A DNA stretch of 64,000 nt from Geosiphon pyriformis uo1 (taxonomy: Eukaryota; Fungi; Glomeromycota). Numbering within the stretch: position 1 is the stretch's first letter; each line of letters opens with the position of its first letter. Positions 24,347-36,000 of the stretch are shown here, piece by piece. The DNA is taken from positions 62,001 through 126,000 of the forward strand of contig JAAOMT010000590.1 of the NCBI GenBank assembly GCA_016748015.1. The letters are read 5' to 3'. The notes below the pieces were generated by a model. The model was not told the origin of the DNA, searched no databases, and saw only the letters and a program-made list of their open reading frames with translations. Both the position numbers and the translations under genes were made by a program.

Positions 24347-27300
24347 GTGGCAGAAACAAAAATAATAGAGACAAATCATTTAAGATTCACCAAATTTTTA
24401 TTTCAACAGTACAGCCAACAATTAGGATTAAGCAACAATCATTATCCAGTGGAATCAGCCTTTAATTTTTATGTAATGAGAGAATCAAAAATTTTTTAAG
24501 AGTACTAATTGATATTGAATCAGCAAAAGAAAATTTCTACACAGAATTAATTCAACATACCAGCTTATTATGAAATCATAGTTTTGCACCAATCATTAGG
24601 GAAATCAATCAAATCATTGAAAGATACATTCAACAACAATTTTCTATTACCTATACAGACAAAAGTAAAGAAAAGTTACAAATACCAGTAATAACACCAA
24701 AAGAAATCCAAGTACCAAACTGGAAAAAACAAAAAATCAAATTCCCAACATACCCATCATATCACCACACACCCAGAAATACAATCAATATTTTATCAAT
24801 AAATGTGTCCACATCAAACATGACATTAATATTTGGATGACTTCTATTTTAAAGTAAACAAAAGAAAGCAGAGTTATTAAGAACTTACAGCAATTATTTT
24901 GAGAGATTTAAATTGTAATTACCAACATTATCAGGATTTCGATTGCTGCCACCTCCACCAGATTTCAGAACTTCAAGTCCTTGGAAAGTAACGGAATCAG
25001 AGGAAAAAGAAAACAAAGATCAGGAATTTAATTATCAAAACCCAATTCCAAAAAATCAAGAAATTGAAAACCCAAACAATTAAAACTCTGATTTAATTAA
25101 TCAACTGAACTTACCTCCAGAAATTGTCATTGATTAGCCACCTATTGAACCAATTCAGCAATTACTTCTACAACAACAACAACAACAACTCTAACCACTA
25201 CCACAACAACAATAACAAATAGCATATGCACCAATTGCCAAGATTGAAAAATTTACTGGCAAAGAGGATAACACTCAGATATGGTTAAACAACATTGAAA
25301 AAGCCATTGCAGCCAATAGATGAAATAATGCCAGAGCTATGCAAACTATTCTCTACTTTCTTCAGAATATTACTGACTTCTGGTATCAAAGTTTGGCCAA
25401 TAAACTTCAGGATTTCAATGCATTCAAGCTTGCATTCCTATCATATTTTAGCAACAATAATAGTATTAATCATCTAGCAAATACCTTTACCACTATTAAA
25501 CAAGGAAAAAGTAAAACAGTCACTACTTACCTAGAATACTTTTATAAGAATTTGCATCAAATTCAGACAATTCAAGCTGATTATTTTACAGCACCACAAA
25601 TCCTAAATCAATTCATTAGAGGCCTGTACAGTAGCATCCTCTAATCATGCCAGAGATTTTGAAGCAGCTGAACTTAAAGTCAACTATGCCCAAGCTGTAA
25701 ACTTAGTAATGAACAGATCATCTGACCTAGATTCCAAGCTAAAGCAATTCAACAACTCCATTAATCAGAAATTAGAGAGATACTTAGCTAACAATTAAGC
25801 CATTTATTAACTTCTACAATGACAAAATAATCAGAGAAATGCGAATCATTTTCAAAATCAATTACATCCATCATCCTCAACCAATCAATAATAGCAGTAG
25901 AAAATGCATGTATGTCACTACTGTGGTAAACAAAGACATTTGCAATTTGAATGTCCCAAATGGTTAAGTAATCAATAATTGAGTAATCAGTATTAAAACT
26001 CTGATCACCAATCCCAAACTCAGAATCACATTAGCAATCAATTACAAGAACAGTACTAATATCAACCATCTTACACTCAAGTGATTCAGCCAATATATTA
26101 AGCACCAATGATGCAGCAATTATAATTATCTCCAATATATCAACCAGCAACACCTGTAATTTATCAACCACTACAGCCACAAGTAATATATCAACTGCAG
26201 TAAATTTAAACACTGCTACACAATTCAACTTTGATGTTACATGGAAACCAAAGACTAAGATTCATTCAACAAAACTGGAGATCAGTGATAATTGTTCATC
26301 AACCAATCTCCAATTCATTTACTCAATAATCAGGATCATGCTAGTGAAGTTTAAGAACCAGATACACCCAAAATCTGAGTTTTCAGAACTATTTAAGTCT
26401 TCTGGTTACCCCAGAAGACGCCACATTTAACGACTTAGAAATCAAACAAAAACAGCCACCCACTAGCAACATATTACCAGCAATCATCACCAACAATGAA
26501 TCCTTAGCAGTCATTTTTTCATTCAAATTTGAAAAGCCATCAAAAACACTTTTATTCAGTAGAGCCACCCTCAAAAAAAAACCCATCATGGCCATGTATA
26601 TTGATGTCAAAATTGATAGCCACTCTATCAAACTCATATTAGATAGTAAGTCAGCAGACAGCATTATCACATGACAACTTATAAACCAATTAGATCACCA
26701 AGTTGATCGAACTGCCAGCACCAGAATAATAACAGCTAATGAAGTGACTAAAACTTCTATTGGTGAAATCGCCAACTTACCTATTGAAATCAATAGCATC
26801 ATAGTACCCATTAAAGTTCTTGTAATGAAAGCAACTTAGTATCAAGCACTCATTGACAACAACTGGTTGTTTAAGACCAATGTAACACTCGACTGAAACA
26901 TGCAAGAGCTTCAACTGAGCCAGAACGGTCAACACACATGTGTACCAGCCATGTGTGGCCACTTCAAAAATACCACCATGCCAGCATTTCTTATTGAATT
27001 TGAGAAAGAAAAAAAAAACTCACTTGAGAAGCTTATTAAGTTTTATGGGCTGATAAAGACCACAATAAGTTACTACTGATTTTGACTTGGAATGATAATG
27101 GGAAGAAAAAGCAAAAAGAAAAGAAGCCTGCCTAAAATACAAACTACATATCATAAAATAACAGTAATTATAATAAACTAATGACAAATTAGAAGTGGAA
27201 TGAGAATAAAAAAGCAAAAAAAAAGCAAAAAAAAAAGAGCTAATATCACCTACTGTCACAATATATACTCTCTACACCACAATTGTCCAACTATCATAAA

Positions 27301-30242
27301 CCAAAACTAGTATGTGTCAATTGTGACAAAAAATTGTCATCAATGGGCACATGTTGTAATGACAATAAGGAATACTCTACAGCAACAAAATTTTACTGTT
27401 GTCTATACATTATAGAATGCTTTGGACGACCAAAATAAGTTGAAAAATGGGACAACAAATCATGTCTTGCATGTAAAACTATTTTGTCCAATGAACAAAT
27501 ATGGAATAACATTCTAAAACATGAAGGAACATGTGATGAAATGTGTCAGTATACAATACTAATCAATGACTGGGTATGCAAAGGAACTCCAATCAATGCC
27601 ACATGAAAAAGAGCATTGTAATAACTAAAAAAATATTTCTATAATAAGCACAAGATATAAAGAATAGTGAGTGCAAAGACAGAAGGTGCTACAACCAGCG
27701 AGTTGCTAAAAATTAAAAACAATTTGTTAACTCTTTCTGAACCTAAATACATTCAAACATTTGACATTTTTGGCAACATTAAAGACAATCTTAAAAAATT
27801 CCACAAGCACTATCAACACTTAGCACTGACTAGAGAAGAGCAAAAACAACAGCTAAAAGAGTTGAATACCAAACTATGCCAACATTGTTTAATTCCCAGT
27901 GATTTTGAATATTGTGATAATTGTAATCTTATCTACAATCCACTACTACATATGATTTACATGATTCCTAAAGAGAAAAAACCAATCAATAGCTGCACAT
28001 TAGAATTGAAATCAATTTTTGATCTTAATTCAAATTTCAACAACAATGACAACAAAAACACCAGTTTCAGCTTTGCTCAATATGGCAATGAAAATAACAA
28101 CAATTTGGACTCTGATTTAAACTCCAAAATATTTATCGCACTCTCTGATCTCACTAAGGAGCAAGAACTAAAATGATTCAGCAATAATGATGAAAGTATC
28201 ATGCCAGAATGCACACATAATATGAATGTAAAGTTTGATTTGAGATATCCAAGAAATGAAGCCATAAAATTAGAACCATATTTGCATATATGTATTGATT
28301 TGTAAATAGTATTAGAGATTCCAGCAACAATAATGGTTCAATTAGCATTAAGAAATAGTCTAGCAAAAAGAGAAATCAACATTAGAGGAGAAATAATTAA
28401 CACAGAATACATAAAAAATATCATTATTATGCTACAAAACAATTCGGAAAAAACCTATACAATAGAACAAAATGAAAAAATAGCACAGGCAATATTTTTG
28501 TCTTTGATTAAAATAGCTCAGTTAATATTAGTGAAAAACAGAGAAAAGTTAGGAATAATAGCAAAAGGGATAAAGAGATTTGGATCAACAAGTAGAATAG
28601 ACATATCAGTTAATATGATAGAGAAAAAAATTGTTAACAAGAAAGAAATTATCTCCACCTATCAATTAATTTTCATTCCACCATATAACTAGTACATGTT
28701 AGTCATAGAAAAAAAAATAAAAGACCAGATTCAAATTTTTGAAGCAGAAGCAATACTGTGTGAATCAAGAAAGATTGGATTAGTCAATCTATACATATCA
28801 GCCAAAAACCACAGTCACATCAAAATTTCTATTTATAATAACACTAGAAATGTTATTATAATACCTGAAAAAACTATTATCAGATACTTAAGCACGGAAC
28901 TTAAAGACCAACCACCAAGCACCATTTCAAATTTTCTACAACTGTATAGATATGTGAATATCATATCACAGACAAAATAAATGCTATTTGCTTCAACCAG
29001 AACAATTGGACCAAATAAACATAAAAAACTTAAATCTACTCCAGCATATGCAACTCAAAATATTACTCAACAACTTCACCAATATTTTTGCAAGTGAAAA
29101 TGAGTTTGGCAAAATGGACATAATCCAGCACCAGATCAAGACTGGAAATGCAATGCCAATCAAACAAAAAGTGTATTGAGTACTACCAGCCAGCCATAAG
29201 ATTATTTGTCAAGAAATCAATTAGATGCTTAACAATGGGCTAATTCAGCCATCAATGAGCCCATGATCATTATCAATAGTACTAGTCTATAAGAAGAATA
29301 GAAAAATTCACTTTTGTGTGGATTACCAAAAACTTAATAAAGTAATTAAAAGAGACAGCTACTCAACTCCAAAGATCTAAAAACTTTTTAATGTTTTTGG
29401 AGGAAAGAAATGGTTCTCAACTTTAGACTTAAACAATGTTTATTGGCAAGTAGTCATAAAACCAGAAGACATTCGATGATCATCTACATCATCTTTAACA
29501 AGTATTCAAAAGACTGAAAAGAACTGGATTAAAGCTGAATGCCATCAAATGCTTCTTTGGAAAAACTGAACTCAAATTTTTAGGACATGTTGTAAGTAAA
29601 AATAGTATCAAAATGGTTTCAAATAAGGTTGAGATTATTAAAAACTTTTCAGTACCAAATAATCTCACAGAATTAAGAGCATTCTTAAGATTGGCTGGAT
29701 ACTACTGCTGCTTAATCAAAGACTTTTCCAAAATAACTCAACCATTACACCAACTTTAAACAAAGAACACCAAATACATATGAACTGAAACTCAGCAAAA
29801 AGCTTTTGACATATTAAGAAAAAAACTTATTCAAACTCCAGTATTAATTTATTCAGATTATAACAAACCATTTATCATTACTACTGATGCATTAGACCAA
29901 GCATTAGGAGCAGTATTATCACAAAAAAAACCAGATAGAAGAAAACATCCAGTAGCATATGCCAGCCAAAGCTTAATGTCAGCCAAAAAAAACTATAGAA
30001 CACCAGCACTGGAACACTTAGCAATTTATTGGGCTGTCATGAAATAGAAGAAATACTTAAGCCAGAAATTTGAAGTGCACACAGATCACAAAAGATTGAC
30101 TTCAATCTAGAAACAAGAATTTGGAGACAATCAACATACAAGATAAAAAATAGCACTTTCACTATATACTTTTACAGTACACTATAAAAAGAGAAAAAAA
30201 AACAAAAATGCTAACAGTTTGTCACAAATGAAACAAATCTGA
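24347..30242 (+). pseudogene. gag-pol: A1 gag-pol; RT core including YLDD is deleted
   Basis: IAYAPIAKIEKFTG Gag start; CHYCGKQRHLQFEC; LILDSKSADSII; dUTPase; HFCVDY; deletion join PED|(T)FDDHL at about 29470; ITTDAL, VAYAS, HTDHK, NANSLS. Confidence 0.9.
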
Positions 30243-30302
30243 ACATTTTAACCCAAAAATATAACAAAATCCAAACAATTGAAAACAAAAATATAACAAA
30301 AG

Positions 30303-31564
30303 ATAAACACACAAAAATATCAACAACACTTGCATTATATAAATACTCAACAGTTCAAGGAGAAATTATCTTAAAAAGAATGAAACAACATAAAACAACA
30401 ATCAAAATATTTTATTCACCATCAAAATATATTGTACTAAAAGAACAAAAGAAATCCAGATCAACCAACCAGAGTAGTTACAGAGCCAGAAAAAGAGACA
30501 ATATTATTCAATATACACTCAGATCCAACAGCAGGATATTTTCATAAAGAAACAACCATAGAAAGAACCGGAAATAGATACTATTGGCCATCCATGTATT
30601 CAGACATTATCCAATATGTTCAAAATTGTGATGCTTGTTAGAAAAGAGGAGAAACCAAACCAAGTGAACTATTGAAACTGATCAAAGTGAAACAACTATT
30701 TGATCACATTGAAATTAACTTAGTCGGATCATTGATAATCACCAGTAGAAAAAACTGATATATTGCAGTAGTCATAGATTATCTTACTAAATGGCCAGAA
30801 GCAAAAGCCATTCAAAAAACAGATACAGAATTCATTGCTGAATTTGTTCACCAAGATCTAATTTGTTAACATGAATGTTCAAAAGAATTACTATCAGATC
30901 AAGGAACTTACATTGTAAACAAAACATTAGCAGAATTAAGTCAAAGATTTGAAATCAAAAGACCATTGTTATTATTATACCATCTACAAACAAATAGTTT
31001 AGTTAAAAAATTCAATAAAACATTGTGTAAAGCAATTGCCAAGATTAGCCAAAAAAACCAGAATGAATGGAATTTGTTCATACCAACAGTACTATTTGCT
31101 TACTGAACAATAAAACAAAATACCACACAAGTAATACCATTTGAATTAGTATATGGTAAAACAGCAATATTACCAGTTGAAATAGAAGTTAACAAATATC
31201 TAACTGAACCAATAATGAAAAAAAATTTCCAAAAAACACTATTGAGTAGAACATATGACTTAATAGAAACAAAGTACTCTTACATCATACCAAAATGAAA
31301 AAACAATGGAATGGAAAATTCGACCCCAAATAAGATGGACCATTTCACATAGAAGAAATTCTTAGAAATAAAGCTTATAAATTAAAATGGGACAACAAAA
31401 TCTTGGCCAAAACAGCACATGGTAATTGACTAAAACAATATTATCATACAGTATTATCATTCACCAATAATATTTCACAACTGGGAGTACAACAAATACT
31501 AGTCCAACCAGATGAAATTCTATGAAATCTGAAACCAATCATAATCATTGGACCAAACATGTAA
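30303..31564 (+). pseudogene. A1 integrase (HHCC, DDE core, GPF/Y module; no chromodomain)
   Basis: HSDPTAGYF, RYYWP, CDAC, HIEINLVG, DYLTKWPEA, LSDQGT, DGPFHIEE; stop at 31562-31564. Confidence 0.9.
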
Positions 31565-31624
31565 AATTGAACAATAAAAAGAATATATAAAAACATAGTA
31601 GACGCAATGAAAAACAACAAAAAA

Positions 31625-32263
31625 ATAGAAATTACCAATGACATTTATTCACTAGTACAACAACTCTTCTAATTGATTTGACAACAAAAAATGGAAATCA
31701 CAATTAATCAACAAACTATCAAATACACAAACACCAGAAAAAAACCATGGAATAAAGTAAGGAGAAAAACAGAAAACACTGTTAAAAAAATAATCACAAA
31801 AGTGAAATTGATGATAAAAGCACAATTAGAAGTTACTCAATATCAAGAATTAATTATAGAAACTTGGAATTGGTGAATACAACAATTTCCAAAGAACTTT
31901 TGTTACTTTTATTTGAGACAATACTTGAATATTCAGAATTTATACATGAATAAAACAAAACAATTATTCGATACAGCAATACTATAACAATTAGAACAAT
32001 TTGTGAAAAAAAACAATTTGACCACACAAGCAAAAGCCATTTATTGACTACACACTGGATTTCAAGATTGACCAGAAATCTTATTCAACACAGAAATAAA
32101 TACTGTTACAATTAACCAAATAGAAAAAATAATCAACACCTAATTTGAAGAATTACAGAACAAGATAACACAAGTAATTCTTAAAAAAGAAGTTCAAGAA
32201 ATACTTAAAGACAAAGAATTAAAGTTAGAAGATTTAGAAAATTTTGATAGAGCTCAATATTAA
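31625..32263 (+). pseudogene. A1 ORF3 (~212 aa, unknown function)
   Basis: Single frame from (M>I)EITNDIYSL to NFDRAQY*; internal stops are all of the CAA/CGA/TGG-transition type; conserved in A2, A3 and B. Confidence 0.7.
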
Positions 32264-32276
32264 AAGAAGTGAATAA
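32262..32276 (+). promoter_or_regulatory. Polypurine tract of A1
   Basis: AAAAGAAGTGAATAA directly before TGTTAC. Confidence 0.8.
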
Positions 32277-33097
32277 TGTTACTCATAGAAATTAGCCAAT
32301 CAGAAATAGACATAGTAAATGTGAAATTCCAGAATTTTTCTCAAAGAAATTGCAGGATTCCAAGAATTTCAGAATTTTTATATAAGGAATTACAGGATTT
32401 CAGAATTCCAAGATTTCTCTTAAAGAAATTGCAGGATTCCAGAAATTCTAGAATTTCTGGTGTGAAAAATTAAGAAATTGAAAAATCTCAATTATGTATA
32501 TATAGTGATAGCAGTAAAAGTAGAAAAAACAGACCTCTGAATTTAGATTTAATCTAAGCAATCTTCCAACTTAATAAATAATTATTTACTATTTCAAATC
32601 CACACTTCACTATCAACTCTCATGTTGATAGTAATTGATACTTAACAACACTAGAACAATAGCTCTTGATCATGGCTATTAACAGGATACTAACATATAA
32701 TTGCTTTGGTTTATTTCTTTATTTTTTTTATTTTATTTTTTTTCTTTGATTTTATTGTTGTATACTAATCAATTGAAAATTAAGTGCTGAATTATTGATG
32801 TCAAAAATAGTCTGATAAAAGACCCCAAAGAAAAAATATAGAATTGAGAATTTAAGAATAACTTACCAGAAAGGCATTTTTGTCAGATTACTGGCCACCA
32901 CACTGAGAAAAAAATTTAATAGAATTGTGATTTCAAGAAGCTACTAAAACATTTTTGAATCTCTGTTCATTATACAAAAGACTTAACCAAAACCTTTAGA
33001 TTGATAAAATTTTCAGATTACCACCATCTTATATTAATTAAGCACCAAGTTATGGATTTGTTATTTGATTTGAGACCCCAAATAATCACTTATAATA
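32277..33097 (+). repeat. 3' LTR of A1
   Basis: TGTTACTCATAGA...CACTTATAATA (decayed CCTGTAACA), then TTAT TSD. Confidence 0.92.
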
Positions 33098-36000
33098 TTA
33101 TCTTCAAATTTTTGCTTCTGAATTAAAGTCAATCCTTTATGGTCTGTATAGATGTCAAATTTCTGGCTTATGTATTCCTGCCATTTCATGACTGCCTAGT
33201 AGATTGCTAAGTGTTCTAATGCTGGTGTTCTATAGTTTTTTTCTGCTGGACTCAAACTTTGGCTGGTGTATGCTATTGGGTATTCTCTTCTATCTGGTCT
33301 TTTCTGTAATAATACTGCTCTTAATACTTAACCTGATACATTAGTGGTGATGATGAATGGCTTGCTGTGGTTTAGATAAATTAGTACTGGAGCTTGGATG
33401 AGCTTTTTTCTTAGTATGTTAAAAGTTTCTTATTGAATTTCCATTCATTCATATTTCACATTTTTGGTTTGAAGTTGGTGTAGTGATTGAGCCAGTTTAG
33501 AAAAGTTTTTGATAAAGTGGCAGTAGTATTTGGCAAATTCCAAGAATGCTCTTAGTTCTGTGAAATTATTTGGTACTGGAAAGTTCTTGACAATTTCAAT
33601 CTTGTCTGGATCCGTTTTGATGCTATTTTTGCTTATAACATGTCCCAAAAACTTGAGCTCAGTTTTTTCAAAGAAATACTTGATTGCATTTAGCTTTAAT
33701 CCAGTTCTTTTTAGTCTTTCAAACACCTGTTGAAGATGGTGTAAATAATCATCAAATGTCTTAGAGAACACATTGGTGTTATCTAAATATACAACTACTA
33801 ATTTCCATAGTAGTCTAGTATAAACAATTTCTATTAGCCATTGGAATGTGGCTGGAGCATTTATTAAGCCAAATAGCATCACTTTAAATTCAAAATTCCC
33901 TTCTTTTATAGTAAATGCCATTTTTTTTTATTAGTTGAATTCATGGCTACTTGTAAGTAACCACTATCCAGATCTAATGTTGAAAACTATTTGTTTCCTC
34001 CAAAAGCATCAAATAGCTCTTGGATCCATAGAATTGGATAGCTGTCTCCACAAATGACTCTATTAAGTTTTCTATAATCCATACAGAAGTGGATTTTCTC
34101 ATTTTTCTTTTAGACTAATACTACTGGTAATGACCATGGGCTCATTGATGGCTGAATTAGCCTATTGTCAAGCATCTGATTGATTTCTTGATGAATAATC
34201 TTATGGCTGGCTGGTGGTACCCTATATGCTCTTTGTTTGATTGGCATTGCATTTCCAGTTTTGATCTGGTGCTGGATAATATTGGTGTGGCCAAATTTAT
34301 TTTTGCTAGCAAAAATGTTATTAAAATTGTTGAATAACATCTTTAGCTATATTCATTGCAATGGGTCTAAATTCCCCAAGTTCATTTGTTCCAATTGTTT
34401 TGATTGGAGCAGATATCATTCATTTCATCTGTAGATGGTTTGCAATATAATGTCCACATATTCACAAAGCTGTGGAAAATTTGGAATGTGATTTAGTGGT
34501 TGATCTTCTATTTTGATGGTTAAATATTAGACAATAGTTCCTTTTGGTATCTCAACAACATTTTCTATGTTGTTGTAAATAGGAATTTTGATGTGTTTTG
34601 GGCTTTTAACTGTTATATAAAAATTGGTAAGTCCAATTTCTCCTTATTTGCAAATAATTGCTTCTACTTTAAACATCTGGGCTTGATTCTTCACTTTTCT
34701 TTCTAATGCTAACATGTATCTTTTATATAATAAAATGGAAATTGATTAATAAGTAGAGATAATTTCTCCTTTGTCAACAACTTTTTCCTCTGCCATATTA
34801 ACTGGTACATTTATTTTATCTGTGGATCCAAATCCATTTATTTTTCTTGCTATAATCTTTAATTTTTCTCTATTTCTCACTAAAACCAACTAAGCTATTT
34901 TAACTAGAGGTAGAAATATTGCCTGTGCTATCTTTTGGTTTGGCTCTATAATATAGGTCTTTTTTGAATTATTTTATAGCATTGCAATGATATTTTCTAT
35001 ATATCCTGCGTCAATTATTTCTTCTTTGATGTTGATTTCTTTCTTCACTAAACTACTCTTAAAGGCTAGTTAAACTATTGTTGTTGTTGGAATCTCTAAT
35101 GTTATTTTCAGATCAATACATGTACACAAATATGGTTCCAATTTAATGACTTCTTTTCCTAGATATCTCAAATCAAACTCTGTATCAATATTATGAACAC
35201 GTTTTGACATAATATCTTTATTGTTATCACTGAACCATTTTAGTTTTTGCTTCTTAAAAAGATCTGGAAGTATAATATATTGTTCAGAGTTTGAATCTGA
35301 GTCTAAATTGTTGTTATTTTTGTTGCCATATTGAGCAGAGCTAGAATTAGTGTTTTTATCATTGTCATTATTAAAGTTTGAATCAAGATCAAAAATTGAA
35401 TCTGATTCCAATGTACAGCTGCTGATTGGTTCTTTCTCTTTGGAGATTATGTAGATCATGCATAATGGTAGATTGTAAATGAGGTTACACTCATTACAAT
35501 ATTGGAAGTCATATAGAATTAAGCAGTGTTAACACAGTCAAGTGTTTAACTGCTCTAAATATTGCTTTTATTCTTTTTTTATTGGTGCCAGGTGTTGGTA
35601 GTGCTTGTAAAATTCTTTAAGATTATTCTCAATGTTGCCAAAAATGTTGAACATTGAGACATATTCAGATTCTAGAAGAGTTAATAGATTGTTTTTAATT
35701 TTTAGCAACTTGCTGATTGTAGCGTCTTTTGCTTTTGCACTTGCCATTTTTCATATCTCATGCTCATTGTGGGAATATCCTTCCAGTCATCACAACACTT
35801 TTTTCCATGTAGCATCAATTGGAGTTTTTTGTGTATCCAGTCATTAATTAAGATAGTATATTGACATGTTTTGTTACACATTTCTCCACACCCAAAAATG
35901 TCATTCCACATTTCTTTGTTAGACAGAATAGTTCTGCATGTGAGACAAAGTTTATTATTCTACTTTTCTTGTCTTTTTGGTTATTCAAACCATTTGAGAA

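Larger units (their letters stand above)
16108..33097 (+). mobile_element. Full-length Ty3/gypsy element A1 with TTAT target-site duplication; carries element B in its 5' LTR
   Basis: TTAT at 16104-16107 and 33098-33101; flanks rejoin into the A2 RNase H sequence (compare about 43270-43330); LTR-PBS-gag-PR-dUTPase-RT-RH-IN-ORF3-PPT-LTR. Confidence 0.92.

Noticed and set aside
26031-26400. Programmed gag-pol frameshift suggested by two semi-open frames
   Set aside because: Low-complexity Q/P/S/T sequence leaves alternative frames open; no conserved slippery site could be identified across copies
31440-32263. Chromodomain or env gene after integrase
   Set aside because: No chromodomain aromatic-cage/YLVKW motif, and no signal peptide, furin site or transmembrane stretch is visible
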